NCBI GenBank assembly: GCA_965243025.1
Contig: CBDETY010000003.1
Coordinates: 4,160,001-4,224,000, forward strand
From: Candidatus Latescibacterota bacterium
GTDB taxonomy: Bacteria; Latescibacterota; UBA2968; UBA8231
Direction of reading: 5' to 3'
DNA: 64,000 nucleotides
Made by a program: the position numbers and the translations under genes. The notes below the pieces were generated by a model. The model searched no databases. It worked only from the letters and a program-made list of their open reading frames with translations, and was not told where the DNA came from. Positions within the stretch are counted from its first letter, which is position 1, and every line of letters begins with the position of its first letter. Positions 39,458 through 51,663 of the stretch are shown here, in pieces.

Positions 39458-40201
39458 ATGAAAGCAACCACCATGGACCAGGAACGGACCGAAAAACTCT
39501 CGGACAAGGCGGTGCTGATGGTCGCCGCGAAAGACTCGAGCGCCCTGGCGATTCTGGTGCGCCGCTACCGCGTCCCCCTGCAGAACTTCGTCTATCGCTT
39601 CGTCGGCGACCGCGAAACCTCGGAGGACATCGTTCAGGAGACCTTTCTAAGATGCCTCCGACACCGTTCACAGTTTCCCGCCATCGAACAGGTTTCGACC
39701 TGGCTCTACACCATCGCCGGCAACCTGGCCAAGACCGAGCTCAGACGCCGCAAGCGCTGGCACTGGGTTCCCACGGGTCCTGCCGATGACGAAGAGCGCA
39801 CCCCGTTCTACGAGCCGGTGGATGGCGAGGCCCTGCCCGGGGAAGTGACCGACACCAAGACCGTCCACCAGTCCGTGAAGACGGCGATTCAGACATTGCC
39901 CGACGAGTTTCGCGACGCCGTCGTGCTCAGGGACCTCAACGGCCTCTCGTACGAAGAGATCGCCAAGATCATCGAGTGTCCCGTCGGCACGGTGAAGTCG
40001 CGGGTGAACCGGGGGCGGAGCCGGCTGCAGCGCAACCTTCGCCCCCTTGCGGAGGAAGTGATCGGCCAGCTGGGGCCGGCACGGCACGCAGCTAGAAAGC
40101 GCGCTGGACGAAAAACTCCAGCATCTCCTCCAGGAGATCCCGGGATGCGCTTGGCGGCGTCCGTTGCAGCAGCGCAAGCGCCTCGTCCGCTTTTCGAGTA
40201 G
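39458..40201 (+). CDS. ECF sigma-70 factor (RpoE-like)
   Basis: EDIVQETF, STWLYTIAGNL, LSYEEIA, PVGTVKSRVNRGR; annotated 3' end overlaps the convergent gene and may be an artefact. Confidence 0.92.
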   Translation: MKATTMDQERTEKLSDKAVLMVAAKDSSALAILVRRYRVPLQNFVYRFVGDRETSEDIVQETFLRCLRHRSQFPAIEQVSTWLYTIAGNLAKTELRRRKRWHWVPTGPADDEERTPFYEPVDGEALPGEVTDTKTVHQSVKTAIQTLPDEFRDAVVLRDLNGLSYEEIAKIIECPVGTVKSRVNRGRSRLQRNLRPLAEEVIGQLGPARHAARKRAGRKTPASPPGDPGMRLAASVAAAQAPRPLFE

Positions 40202-41150
40202 CGACCCCGTCGGCGTACTGCAGCGAACCGTACGACTCGATCAGCCCGATGACCCGCTCGATCTGGTCCCGCGTCGTCAGGTCGCGCTGCAGGCCGAGGA
40301 TCTCGAGGACGTCGGCGCGCTCTTCCGCGGTGCACTTGCGCAGCAGGTCGATCACCAGCAGGGTCCGTTTGCCTTCGGCGATGTCGCCTCCGCGCTCCTT
40401 GCCATAACCCCCCGAAGTCAAACCGGGCGCTTCCTCTTCATCCTGCGCCGGACTCAGCAGGTTGAGGACGTCGTCCCTGATCTGGAAGGCGACAGCCATC
40501 GCCTCGCCGAAATCACCGATCTGACGGCGCTCGCGCTCCCCGGCCCCGGCCACGATCGCCCCCGCGGTGCAGGGCCCCCGGCCGGTGTACCACCCCGTCT
40601 TCTTCGTCACCATGACCATGAACTCTTCTTCCGTGGGGATATGCTGCCGGCGGATCCAGCCGATGTCGTAGGCCTGACCCTCCAGGGTCTGCATTGATCC
40701 GCGGATCATTTCGTCGATCAGGTCCAGGCTTATCTCGGAACCCAGGAGGCCGCGGTTCGCGCACAGGATCTCGAACACCTTCGCGTAGAGGGCATCGCCG
40801 ACGTTGATGCTCAGGGGAATGCCGTAAAGTTTGTGGATGCACGGCTTTCCCCGGCGGAACTCCGAGTCGTCCTCGATGTCGTCGTGGATGACGGCGAACG
40901 ACTGGAACATCTCGAACGCCGAGGCTGTGCGCACCGCTTTTCGCAGGTCGCCGCCCAGGGCGTCGCAGGCCATCAGGACCAGCGTCGGGCGCAGGCGCTT
41001 TCCCCCGCGTTCGGGATAATCGCGCATCGGTCGGTACATGAACTCCTCCGGCTCCTGGACGGGCAGGAAGGAGAACATCTCCTCTTCGATCAGAGGTACG
41101 TAGCGCCGTAGAAAATCCCGCAGTTCCGGGGACAGCTCCGAGCCGGGCAT
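40092..41150 (-). CDS. Polyprenyl (GGPP-type) diphosphate synthase
   Basis: GGKRLRP, FAVIHDDIEDDSEFRRG, GDAL, GQAYD, KT, FQIRDD, DIAEGK. Confidence 0.92.
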   Translation of the reverse strand: MPGSELSPELRDFLRRYVPLIEEEMFSFLPVQEPEEFMYRPMRDYPERGGKRLRPTLVLMACDALGGDLRKAVRTASAFEMFQSFAVIHDDIEDDSEFRRGKPCIHKLYGIPLSINVGDALYAKVFEILCANRGLLGSEISLDLIDEMIRGSMQTLEGQAYDIGWIRRQHIPTEEEFMVMVTKKTGWYTGRGPCTAGAIVAGAGERERRQIGDFGEAMAVAFQIRDDVLNLLSPAQDEEEAPGLTSGGYGKERGGDIAEGKRTLLVIDLLRKCTAEERADVLEILGLQRDLTTRDQIERVIGLIESYGSLQYADGVATRKADEALALLQRTPPSASRDLLEEMLEFFVQRAF

Positions 41151-41151
41151 G

Positions 41152-41556
41152 TCAGGCCTCGCCGGCGAGCCGGATTCGGGTAAGGGCCCGCACCAGGGCT
41201 GCCTCCGCCCTGACCCGATCCACATCCGCCTCCCGGGCGAGCCTCCGGCGCGCGCGTTCGCGGGCGGCCTCGGCACGGGCGACATCGATCCCGTCACCGA
41301 ACTCGGCGGCCTCGGCAAGCACCGTGACCCGGTCCCCGAGAACCTCGACGAAGCCGCCGCTGCAGGCCATGGCGAGGGCTTCGCCGGCCCCTTCTTCGGT
41401 GAAGGCGAGACGGCCTGTCTTCATCCCGGCGATCATCGGGGCATGCCTGGAGAGCACCCCGAACGAGCCCAGGCTTCCGGGAGCCTGCAAGCTCTCCACG
41501 GAACCGGAGTAGACGGTCCCGGACGGAGTGACGATTTCCAACTGGTAGGCAGCCAT
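41152..41556 (-). CDS. atpC: F1 ATP synthase epsilon subunit
   Basis: EIVTP, GSFGVLSRHAPM, SGGFVEV, DVARA. Confidence 0.95.
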   Translation of the reverse strand: MAAYQLEIVTPSGTVYSGSVESLQAPGSLGSFGVLSRHAPMIAGMKTGRLAFTEEGAGEALAMACSGGFVEVLGDRVTVLAEAAEFGDGIDVARAEAARERARRRLAREADVDRVRAEAALVRALTRIRLAGEA

Positions 41557-41576
41557 GCGGGAACTCGCCTCGTTCC

Positions 41577-43040
<1,464 letters not shown>

Positions 43041-43916
43041 CTACTGCGCTACTGCCTCGGCGCCTCCGACTATGTCCATCAGCTCGAGGGTGATGGAAGC
43101 CTGGCGCTCCTTGTTCATCTCCCGCGTCAGTTCTTCGATGATCTCGCCGGCGTTTTTCGTCGCGTTGTCCATCGCCGTCATCTGGGCGGCGTAGAAACCG
43201 GCGTTCGATTCGAGCAGGGCGCGCCAGATCTGCACGTTGACCTGGCGCGGAACCAGCTGTTCGAGCAGGACGGCAGGCTCCGGTTCGAACAGGTAGTCCC
43301 GGCTCGAATCCTCGCCCTCCGCGTCGGCCTCCCCTTCCTCCGGGGGAACTATCGGCAGCAGCTGGGTGATCACGGGCACCTGCTGCGAAACCGAGCGGAA
43401 CTCGCTGAACACGAGCGACACGCGGCCGACCTCCCCGTCGCGAAACCGCTGCATCAGGTCATGGCCGATCGCGACTGCCTGCGAGTAGTCGAGGGCCCGG
43501 AACAGGTCGGGGTAGTCGAGGGCTGCCTCGAAGCCGCGGCTGCGGAAATAGTCGCGCCCCTTGCGGCCGATGGTCACCAGATTGACGGAATCGGGACCGG
43601 CCTGCTGAAGCTCGCTCTGCGCGCGCCGGCAGATGTTGCCGTTGAAGCCACCGCACAGGCCCCGGTCCGCCGTGACCACGACCAGCAGCTCACGCCCCTC
43701 CCTGCTCTCGGCGAGCAGCGCGTGCTGCGAGGTGTCGACGCTCCCCTGCAGGCGCCGCAGGACGAGGTCGAGCTGAACGGCATACGGTCTCGCCGCCAGG
43801 ATGGCATCCTGCGCGCGCCGCATCTTCGCCGCCGCCACCATCTGCATCGCGTTGGTGACGCGCTGAATGTTGGAGATGCTGGCGACGCGGGTGCGAAGCT
43901 CGCGCAGGGTGGCCAT
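43041..43916 (-). CDS. atpG: F1 ATP synthase gamma subunit
   Basis: AMQMVAAAK, DRGLCGGFN, AMDNAT, RQASIT.E. Confidence 0.97.
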   Translation of the reverse strand: MATLRELRTRVASISNIQRVTNAMQMVAAAKMRRAQDAILAARPYAVQLDLVLRRLQGSVDTSQHALLAESREGRELLVVVTADRGLCGGFNGNICRRAQSELQQAGPDSVNLVTIGRKGRDYFRSRGFEAALDYPDLFRALDYSQAVAIGHDLMQRFRDGEVGRVSLVFSEFRSVSQQVPVITQLLPIVPPEEGEADAEGEDSSRDYLFEPEPAVLLEQLVPRQVNVQIWRALLESNAGFYAAQMTAMDNATKNAGEIIEELTREMNKERQASITLELMDIVGGAEAVAQ

Positions 43917-43932
43917 CGATCAGTCTTCGCCC

Positions 43933-45459
43933 TCAGCCCTCCGAGGGGCGGAAACCGCGTTTGAATTCCTCGATGGCGCCGGCGAGCGTCTCCTTCGTTC
44001 CGTCGTCGAGATCGCGGCTCTCCCTGATTTTGCGCATCAGGTCGGGCTGGCGGTCGCGCATGTGGGCGAGGAGCTCAACCTCGAAGCGGAGCACCTCCGC
44101 GGTCGGCAGATCGAGCACGTGGTCTATGGCCGACAGGGCCACCGTTTCCTCTTCGAGGGACTGCGGGGAATACTGCCCCTGCTTGAGGATCTCCATCAGC
44201 TTCTCGCCGCGGTTGAGCAGGTTGCGCGTCGACTGGTCGAGGTCCGAGGTCCCGAACTGGGCGAACGCCTTCACCTCGTTGTAGCGCGAGATGTCCCCCT
44301 TGATCGTGCGGGCAACCGCCTTCATCGCCTTCGTCTGGGCGTCGCTGCCGACACGGGACACCGAGGCGCCGACATCCATCGCCGGCCTGTTGCCGCTGTA
44401 GAACAGTTCCGGTTTGAGCAGGATCTGGCCGTCGGTGATCGAGATGACGTTTGTCGGCACGAAAGTCGAGACGTCCCCCTCGAGGATCTCGATCACAGGG
44501 AGCGCCGTCAGCGAGCCGCCACCCTTTTCGTCGCTCATTTTCGCGGCGCGCTCCAGCAGCCGCGAGTGCAGGTAGAAGACGTCGCCGGGGTAGGCTTCGC
44601 GGCCCGGCGGGCGCCGCAGCACCAGGGACATCTCCCGGTACGCCCATGCCTGTTTCGAGAGATCGTCGTAGATGATCAGGGCGTGCTGCCCGTTGTCGCG
44701 GAAGTACTCCCCCATCGAAGCCCCCGCGTACGGAGCGAGGAACTGCAGCGGCGCCGGGTCGGAAGCGGTCGCCGACACAACGACGGTGTACTCCATGGCT
44801 CCGTTCGCCTCGAGCTCGGCGACGACCTTGGCCACGGTCGACGCCTTCTGGCCGATGGCGACGTATATGCACTTAACGTCCTGGTCGTGCTGGTTGATGA
44901 TCGTATCGACGGCGATCGCCGTCTTTCCGGTCTGGCGGTCCCCGATGATGAGCTCGCGCTGTCCGCGTCCGATCGGAACCGTGGCATCGATGATCTTGAT
45001 GCCTGTCTGCAGGGCCTCGTGTACCGGCTGGCGTTCGATGACCCCGGGGGCCTTGCGCTCGACGGGGAGCGTGCGGCCGGCGTCGACCTCACCCTTGCCG
45101 TCGATCGGCTGGCCCAGGGGGTTGACGACTCTCCCGAGGAGCTCTTCCCCCACCGGCACCTCGACGATGCGGCCGGTGCGTTTCACCCGGTCCCCTTCGT
45201 TGATCAGGGTGTCGTCGCCGAAGAGCACGCAGCCGACGTTGTCCTCCTCGAGGTTGAGAGCCATGCCCATGATGCCGTGCGGGAACTCCACGAGTTCGGT
45301 AGCGCGGGCGTTGGACAATCCGTGCACGCGCGCGATCCCGTCCCCGACGTACAGGACCGTCCCGGTTTCGTATACGTCTATCTCCTTTTCGAATCCCGAC
45401 AGCTGTTGCTTGAGAATCCGGGATATCTCGTCAGGTTGAACCATTGCCTCTGCGGGCAT
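43933..45459 (-). CDS. atpA: F1 ATP synthase alpha subunit
   Basis: [39 protein letters not shown]. Confidence 0.97.
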   Translation of the reverse strand: MPAEAMVQPDEISRILKQQLSGFEKEIDVYETGTVLYVGDGIARVHGLSNARATELVEFPHGIMGMALNLEEDNVGCVLFGDDTLINEGDRVKRTGRIVEVPVGEELLGRVVNPLGQPIDGKGEVDAGRTLPVERKAPGVIERQPVHEALQTGIKIIDATVPIGRGQRELIIGDRQTGKTAIAVDTIINQHDQDVKCIYVAIGQKASTVAKVVAELEANGAMEYTVVVSATASDPAPLQFLAPYAGASMGEYFRDNGQHALIIYDDLSKQAWAYREMSLVLRRPPGREAYPGDVFYLHSRLLERAAKMSDEKGGGSLTALPVIEILEGDVSTFVPTNVISITDGQILLKPELFYSGNRPAMDVGASVSRVGSDAQTKAMKAVARTIKGDISRYNEVKAFAQFGTSDLDQSTRNLLNRGEKLMEILKQGQYSPQSLEEETVALSAIDHVLDLPTAEVLRFEVELLAHMRDRQPDLMRKIRESRDLDDGTKETLAGAIEEFKRGFRPSEG

Positions 45460-45517
45460 CGTCTACATCCTCCTGCGCTCGGTATCGAATACGGTATTTG
45501 CCGCCACTGCCCCTCCC

Positions 45518-46059
45518 TCACGCCTCCATCAGGCGCGCGCGCAGACGCTCGAGCTGAGTTTCCACAGAACCGTCGAACACGAGATCGTCGACCCGGGCGA
45601 CCAGACCTCCCCCGAGGCCGGGATCGACGCTCGCGTCGAGGCGGATCCGCAGCCCCGTGTACGCCGCCAGCCGCCCCCGCAGGCGCTCTTCCTGCTCAGG
45701 CGTCAACGCCACGGCGGAGGTGACCTGCGCCGTGGCCATCCCCGACCGCCGGTCCAGGAGGTCGAGGAACCCGCGCGCGATTTCGGGCAGCAGGCCGATG
45801 CGGCGGCGCTCCACAAGCAGTCTGAGGAAGTTGAGGGTCAATGGCTGAACCCTGCCGCTGAACAAGGCCTCGAGGCCGGACCGCTTGGCCTCGGGCTGAA
45901 GCAGCGATTACGCAGGAACTCAGCCAGCTCGTCCGAACCTCGCAGGGCAGCCTCCAGGCCCTCGATGTCGCGGCGAATCTCCTCCTCGCCGACACCGCTC
46001 TCTTGCGAAGCTTCGAGCAGCGTGACGGCGTACCTGCGGACGACTTCCTGGGCTCTCAC
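45518..46059 (-). CDS. atpH: ATP synthase delta subunit, split by a 1-nt frameshift near 45905 (probable assembly error)
   Basis: N-part MRAQEVVRRYA...FLRN and C-part ...LTLNFLRLLVERRR...VTSA...GGLVARVDD..FDGSV join if one C is restored (AAT C[C]G CTG = NPL). Confidence 0.88.
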
Positions 46060-46097
46060 GAGTGCGAACTACCCCGCATCTGCTTCAGGTCCCCAGG

Positions 46098-46595
46098 TCA
46101 TCGCGGGGGATCCTCGGGAACACCCGCGATCAGGTCGTCGACGAGACGGCGATTTCGCTCGTCGTCGAGATTGGCGTCAAGAATCTCCCCGGCGGCGCGC
46201 ACCGCGAGGTCGGCGACTTCCCGGCGCAGCTCCCCCAGGGCGGCGAGTTTTTCGCTCTCAATGGTCCGGCGCGCCTGCTCCAGGGTCTGCTCGGCCTCCC
46301 GGCGAGCCTCGGAGACCAGGTCGGAACGCACCCGCTCGGCTGCTTCCCGCGCCTGGGCGACGATGTCGCGGGCTTCGGCCTCTGCCCCGGCGAGCACCTT
46401 CTGGTTTTCCGCCAGGGTGGCCCGGGCTTCGTCGCGCGCCTTTTCCGCTCCCTCCAGAGCTTCGCGAATCCGCCGCTGGCGCTCGTCCAGGGCTTCGAGC
46501 AGAGGCGTCCACACGAATCGCTTGAGAACAACCAGCACCACCACGAATGTGATTATCGTCCAGGCAATCAGGCCTGCGTGAGGCTCCAGCAACAT
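46098..46595 (-). CDS. atpF: Fo subunit b
   Basis: N-terminal TM helix, WTPLLEALDERQ, coiled coil. Confidence 0.95.
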   Translation of the reverse strand: MLLEPHAGLIAWTIITFVVVLVVLKRFVWTPLLEALDERQRRIREALEGAEKARDEARATLAENQKVLAGAEAEARDIVAQAREAAERVRSDLVSEARREAEQTLEQARRTIESEKLAALGELRREVADLAVRAAGEILDANLDDERNRRLVDDLIAGVPEDPPR

Positions 46596-46762
46596 GATCC
46601 GCCCTTAAAGTTTTGTGTCCTGTCAGGTAAGCCCCGCTGCGTCGCTCGAATCCGTGATGAGCACCCGGCGCTGGGCATGGCCGTGCAAACCGGCGCCAGA
46701 CTGGCTGCCTCCCTGGTCCGGCTCCGATTCTCTGCCACGGACTCCTGCGAGCACAGGCGTCC

Positions 46763-47023
<261 letters not shown>

Positions 47024-47046
47024 TCAGCTGGGGGCCGCGGTCTCCG

Positions 47047-47880
47047 TCAGTGATCGGGGTGGGCGGCCATGTTGATGAAAAGCGCCGACAACAGGGTGAA
47101 AATGAATGCCTGCACGAAGGCAATGAAGATTTCGAACAGGTATATCGCGGCGGCGAAAACCACCGACACCGGCGCGAGGAAATAGCTCTTGAACATTATG
47201 ATCATCGCCAGGAACACCAGTATGGCGACGTGCCCGGCGATCATGTTGGCGAACAGGCGGATGCACAGCGCAAACGGCTTTACCAGCATGCCGAGAACTT
47301 CGATGGGAACCATGATCGGCAGCAGCCAGACCGGCATGCCGGACGGCACCAGGCTTTTGGCGTAACCGAGGGGACCGTTGTTGGCGATTCCCACCACCTG
47401 CGTTATGCCGAAGGTTACCAGGGCAAGGGCCGCGGTGACCGACACGTTGCCGGTAGCGGTTGCGCTGTAGGGTATCAGTCCGAGAAGGTTGAGGAACAGG
47501 ATGAAGAAGAAGAGGGTCAGGAAAAACGGCAGGAACGGTTTGCCGTGATCCCCCATCACCGGTTGCACGACTTCGTCGCGTATGAACAGGATGATCGCTT
47601 CGAAAAAGTTGGCGAGGCCGCCGGGAACGAGGCCCGGCTTGCGGAAGGCGCTGACGAGCAGGGCGATCAGCAGGGCGCTGGCCACCCACATCACCACGAC
47701 GTGGCGGGTGATGGAAAGGTCTATGCCGAAAACCGGTTCGAACTGAGGAAGCTCTATTCTGCCGTCGAGGATATGGTGGGCATTGATGAAGGGCACCTCC
47801 AGATGCCCGGCATCCATGACGTGCCCGATGATATCTATTTTTCCATCCGCGGCGTCAGCCGCGCTCGCATCGCTTGCCAT
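47047..47880 (-). CDS. atpB: Fo subunit a
   Basis: NLLGLIP, KPFALCIRLFANMIAGH, QAFIF. Confidence 0.96.
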   Translation of the reverse strand: MASDASAADAADGKIDIIGHVMDAGHLEVPFINAHHILDGRIELPQFEPVFGIDLSITRHVVVMWVASALLIALLVSAFRKPGLVPGGLANFFEAIILFIRDEVVQPVMGDHGKPFLPFFLTLFFFILFLNLLGLIPYSATATGNVSVTAALALVTFGITQVVGIANNGPLGYAKSLVPSGMPVWLLPIMVPIEVLGMLVKPFALCIRLFANMIAGHVAILVFLAMIIMFKSYFLAPVSVVFAAAIYLFEIFIAFVQAFIFTLLSALFINMAAHPDH

Positions 47881-47971
47881 TCAACCCAGACTCGATGGCT
47901 ACCGGTAACGGCACTGTTTTATTTGCGGAAACGAACCGGAAAACTTCCACTGCGGAATGTTCAGCCGGGTA

Positions 47972-47999
47972 AACTTAATGGGGCCCCGGCTTCTGTCAA
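47972..47999 (-). promoter_or_regulatory. Possible internal sigma-70 promoter ahead of atpB
   Basis: Minus strand TTGACA-16 nt-TAAGTT. Confidence 0.4.
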
Positions 48000-48334
48000 A
48001 TGCCGCGATCTCCACCTTGCGAATCAGGGTTCGCGGCGGCTCGGGGACGGGTGCGCTCGTTTTCGCGCCTGCGGATGACGAAGGCGATCTCCGCAATCTG
48101 GAAGGCGAGAAACGCCGCTGCGAATGCGGCGGCGAAAGGGGCCTTGTGCACGGCGGTGAACTTGAAGATCAGGGCCAGCGCCAGTCCTGTCGCCAGCAGG
48201 CGCACAACCATGCCGCCGAGGAACACCTGCACGAGGAGGGCCGGGCTGCGTTTCCAGGACCACTGTATGGTCAGCCACGAGACAGAGGCGTAAACGGCGG
48301 CCAGCGCCAGACCGGAGAGAACGCTCTCCCACAT
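47996..48334 (-). CDS. atpI: ATP synthase I-like membrane protein
   Basis: Small multi-TM protein (GGMVVRLL) directly upstream of atpB. Confidence 0.65.
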   Translation of the reverse strand: MWESVLSGLALAAVYASVSWLTIQWSWKRSPALLVQVFLGGMVVRLLATGLALALIFKFTAVHKAPFAAAFAAAFLAFQIAEIAFVIRRRENERTRPRAAANPDSQGGDRGI

Positions 48335-48624
48335 CAGCGCGGGGTCCCTCCTCTACCGGGTTCGCCCTTTTCGCCGGTGCCGCTCCCGAGACTGCGTACG
48401 AGATACCAGAAACCGGCTGCGGCTCCGGCCAGGCATCCGGCGATCAGCAGCAGCGGCGAGGTTCCGAGCTTGCCGTCGAGCCACCAGCCGGCGAACAGCC
48501 CGGCGGCGATCGCGGCGGCAAACTGAAAGCCGGATCCGATGTAGACTCCGGCCTGCGCGAAAGAGCCGAGAGCCTTGCGAGGCTGGCTCTTTTCATCCGG
48601 GCTGGTTGAATCGGAGTCCGCCAT
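48334..48624 (-). CDS. AtpZ/AtpI (ATPase gene 1) family protein
   Basis: GSGFQFAAAI...GWWLDGKLGTSP. Confidence 0.85.
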   Translation of the reverse strand: MADSDSTSPDEKSQPRKALGSFAQAGVYIGSGFQFAAAIAAGLFAGWWLDGKLGTSPLLLIAGCLAGAAAGFWYLVRSLGSGTGEKGEPGRGGTPR

Positions 48625-48820
48625 CTTCTGAACCTGCAGCAAAAAAGAGGTTTCGACCGGGATGCGCTGGCGCCTCGGCAGGTCGGTCAGGATCTCCGGG
48701 CGGAACCGGGGTGGGAGTTTCGGCGGCCGTTGGGCAACGCCGGAACATGGCCGCTCCCCGCGCCCCCGGGGAAGCCCGGTCATCGACGGATCCCGCGGCC
48801 CCCGCGGCGATCCGTCCCGG

Positions 48821-49060
48821 CTACCGGCTGACCGCCTCTGTCGACTCCAACGGCGGCCGGTACACGGAGCCTTCCCGGCCACCGGCGCAGGCATCCCCTT
48901 CCGCGGCCCCGCACTCGCACATCGGCTCCCCCAACTCGTCGCGCATGGCGCCGAGGCCGCCGCACGAACCCTTGATGGTGCGGTTTCCGAGGATGACTCC
49001 GACCGCCATCGCCACGACGACGAGAGCGAAAACCAGGAGGGCTGAGAGGAAAGTGTCCAT
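48821..49060 (-). CDS. nqrM: Na+-NQR maturation protein NqrM (DUF539)
   Basis: TM helix followed by IKGSCGGL...CEC....C; follows nqrF. Confidence 0.85.
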   Translation of the reverse strand: MDTFLSALLVFALVVVAMAVGVILGNRTIKGSCGGLGAMRDELGEPMCECGAAEGDACAGGREGSVYRPPLESTEAVSR

Positions 49061-49148
49061 CGAACCTCACCGGCCGCGGTGGAAGGCGCGCGGCGTTGCC
49101 CGCCCGGGCTGCTTCCGTCCGGGTCGGGTGAATCCGTTTTCCCGGGCC

Positions 49149-50390
49149 CTAGGAACCGAAGTCGTCGAAGCGGATCATCTCCTCTTCGACGCCCAGGTCG
49201 TCGAGCATGCGCAGCACCGCCTGCAACATCATCGGCGGCCCGCACAGGTAGTACTCGACGTCTTCGGGAGCCGGGTGCTTGCTCAGGTACTCCTCGAGCA
49301 CCACCTGGTGAATGAAGCCGGTGTGCCCGGTCCAGTTGTCTTCCGGCAGAGGCTCCGACATCGCCACGTGCCAGGAGAAGTTGGGGAAATGCTTCTCGAT
49401 GTCGAGGAAGTGCTCTTCGTAGAACAGCTCCTTGCTCGAGCGCGCCCCGTACCAGTACGAGACCTTGCGTTTCGTCTGCAAGGTGTGGAACAGGTGGAAT
49501 ACGTGGGAGCGCAGCGGGGCCATGCCGGCGCCGCCGCCGATGTAGACCATCTCGCGGTCGGTGTCCTGAATGAAGAACTCCCCGTAGGGTCCGGAGATCG
49601 TCACCTTGTCCCCCGGCTTCAGTTTGAAGGTATAGGACGATACCACACCGGGGTTCACTTTTTCCCAGGTTCCGGTCGCCCGGTCGACGGGAGGAGTGGC
49701 GATGCGGATGTTGAGCATCATCATGTTCCCCTCGGCCGGGTGGTTGGCCATCGAATAGGCGCGGAAGACGGGATCGCGATTGACGGTGCGCAGGTTCCAG
49801 ACGTTGAACCGGTCCCAGTCTTCATGGAAACGCTCGTCGACGTCGAATTCGCGGAAGCTGCACTCGAACGGAGGCACCTCGATCTGGATGAATCCGCCGG
49901 ACTCGAAATCGAGAATTTCCCCCTCGGGCAGCTTGAGGACGAGCTCCTTGATGAATGTGGCGACGTTGTCGTTCGACACCACCTCGCACTCCCAGCGCCG
50001 CACCGAGAAGACCTCGGCCGGCACCTCGATCTTCATGTCCTGCTTGACGGTGACCTGGCAGGAGAGCCGGTCCCCCTCACGCGCCTCGCGGGGGGTGATA
50101 TGCTCGAGCTCGGTGGCCAGGATGTCTCCACCCCCATCGTGCACCTGGACCCGGCACTGGGCGCAGGTGCCGCCTCCACCGCAGGCCGAGGAGACGTAAA
50201 TCTCGTTGTCGGCGAGGACATTGAGCAGCTTGCCCCCGGCCGGTACCGACAGCGAGCGGTCTTCGTCCTCGTTGATCAGAATACTCACATCCCCGGTAGC
50301 CACGAGCCTGGACCGGGCGACGAGGATGATCCCCACCAGCATGAGGACCACCCCGCTGAACATACCTACTCCGGAGACGATCTCAGTCAT
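49149..50390 (-). CDS. nqrF: Na+-NQR subunit F
   Basis: [41 protein letters not shown]. Confidence 0.97.
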   Translation of the reverse strand: MTEIVSGVGMFSGVVLMLVGIILVARSRLVATGDVSILINEDEDRSLSVPAGGKLLNVLADNEIYVSSACGGGGTCAQCRVQVHDGGGDILATELEHITPREAREGDRLSCQVTVKQDMKIEVPAEVFSVRRWECEVVSNDNVATFIKELVLKLPEGEILDFESGGFIQIEVPPFECSFREFDVDERFHEDWDRFNVWNLRTVNRDPVFRAYSMANHPAEGNMMMLNIRIATPPVDRATGTWEKVNPGVVSSYTFKLKPGDKVTISGPYGEFFIQDTDREMVYIGGGAGMAPLRSHVFHLFHTLQTKRKVSYWYGARSSKELFYEEHFLDIEKHFPNFSWHVAMSEPLPEDNWTGHTGFIHQVVLEEYLSKHPAPEDVEYYLCGPPMMLQAVLRMLDDLGVEEEMIRFDDFGS

Positions 50391-50425
50391 TCAAGCCAAC
50401 TGTCCCTGAAAAGAAAGCGGATGCA

Positions 50426-51037
50426 TTAAAGCTGGATTCCCGAAAAGGCCATGAACGCCATCGCCATGAGTCCGACGGTCATGAAGGTGATGCCCAGGCC
50501 GCGCAGCCCCGGAGGCACGTCGCTGTACTTGAGCTTTTCGCGGATTCCCGCCAGGGCGACGATCGCCAGGGCCCACCCGACTCCCGAACCGAGTCCGAAG
50601 ATCACGCTCTCGCCGAAGTTGTAGTCGCGCTCGACCATGAACAGCGATCCCCCGAGGATGGCGCAGTTGACGGTGATCAGCGGCAGAAAGATGCCGAGGG
50701 CGTTGTAAAGGGCGGGGACGTACTTGTCGAGGAACATCTCGAGGATCTGGACGCTGGCCGCGATCACCCCGATGTAGCTGATCAGTCCGACGAAGGTGAG
50801 ATCGACTCCGGTGAGCCCCGCCCATGCCAGGGCGTCGGCCTTGAGCAGGTGCTGGTAGACCAGGTTGTTGATCGGGACGGTGATTCCCTGCACGACAATC
50901 ACGGCCACCCCGAGGCCGAACGCCGTCGAGACCCGTTTCGACACCGCCAGGAAGGTGCACATCCCGAGAAAGAAGGCGAGGGCGATGTTCTCGACGAACA
51001 CCGCTTTCACGAACAGGTTCAGGTAGGCTTCCAGCAT
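50426..51037 (-). CDS. nqrE: Na+-NQR subunit E
   Basis: [30 protein letters not shown]. Confidence 0.97.
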   Translation of the reverse strand: MLEAYLNLFVKAVFVENIALAFFLGMCTFLAVSKRVSTAFGLGVAVIVVQGITVPINNLVYQHLLKADALAWAGLTGVDLTFVGLISYIGVIAASVQILEMFLDKYVPALYNALGIFLPLITVNCAILGGSLFMVERDYNFGESVIFGLGSGVGWALAIVALAGIREKLKYSDVPPGLRGLGITFMTVGLMAMAFMAFSGIQL

Positions 51038-51663
51038 CAGTGACCTTCCTTTTCAATCTGTTCCTTCTTGAACGAACGCAGGACCCAGATGAAGACCCCG
51101 ATGATGAAAAACGCGCTCGGGGGCAGGAGCATCAGCCCGTTGGGAGCGTACCATCCTCCTTCCGTCGCGAGCCTCAACACCTCGATCCCCATCAGCTTGC
51201 CGGAGCCGAACAACTCCCGGAACACCCCTACCACCAGGAGAATGAGGCTGTAACCCAGGGCGTTGCCGAGCCCGTCGAGCATGCTCGTGAAGAGGCCGTT
51301 CTTCATCGCGAACGCCTCGGCCCGGCCCATTATGATGCAGTTGGTGATGATCAGGCCGACGAACACCGAAAGCTGTTTGCTGATATTGAAGGCGTAGGCG
51401 CGCAGGAACTGATCGACGACGATGACGAGCGAGGCGATTATCGTCATCTGGACGATAATGCGGATGTTGGTCGGGATATGGGCGCGGATGAGGCTGACGG
51501 CGGCATTCGAAAAAACGAGGACGAAGATCACCGCCAGGCACATGGTGATCGAGGTCTCGAGCTTGCTGGTCACCGCGAGGGCCGAGCAGATTCCCAGGAT
51601 CTGCAGGGCGATCGGGTTATCGTCCAGAACGGGGTGCAGCAGCGTTTCCCTGGCTTTACCCAT
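51037..51663 (-). CDS. nqrD: Na+-NQR subunit D
   Basis: [30 protein letters not shown]. Confidence 0.97.
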   Translation of the reverse strand: MGKARETLLHPVLDDNPIALQILGICSALAVTSKLETSITMCLAVIFVLVFSNAAVSLIRAHIPTNIRIIVQMTIIASLVIVVDQFLRAYAFNISKQLSVFVGLIITNCIIMGRAEAFAMKNGLFTSMLDGLGNALGYSLILLVVGVFRELFGSGKLMGIEVLRLATEGGWYAPNGLMLLPPSAFFIIGVFIWVLRSFKKEQIEKEGH

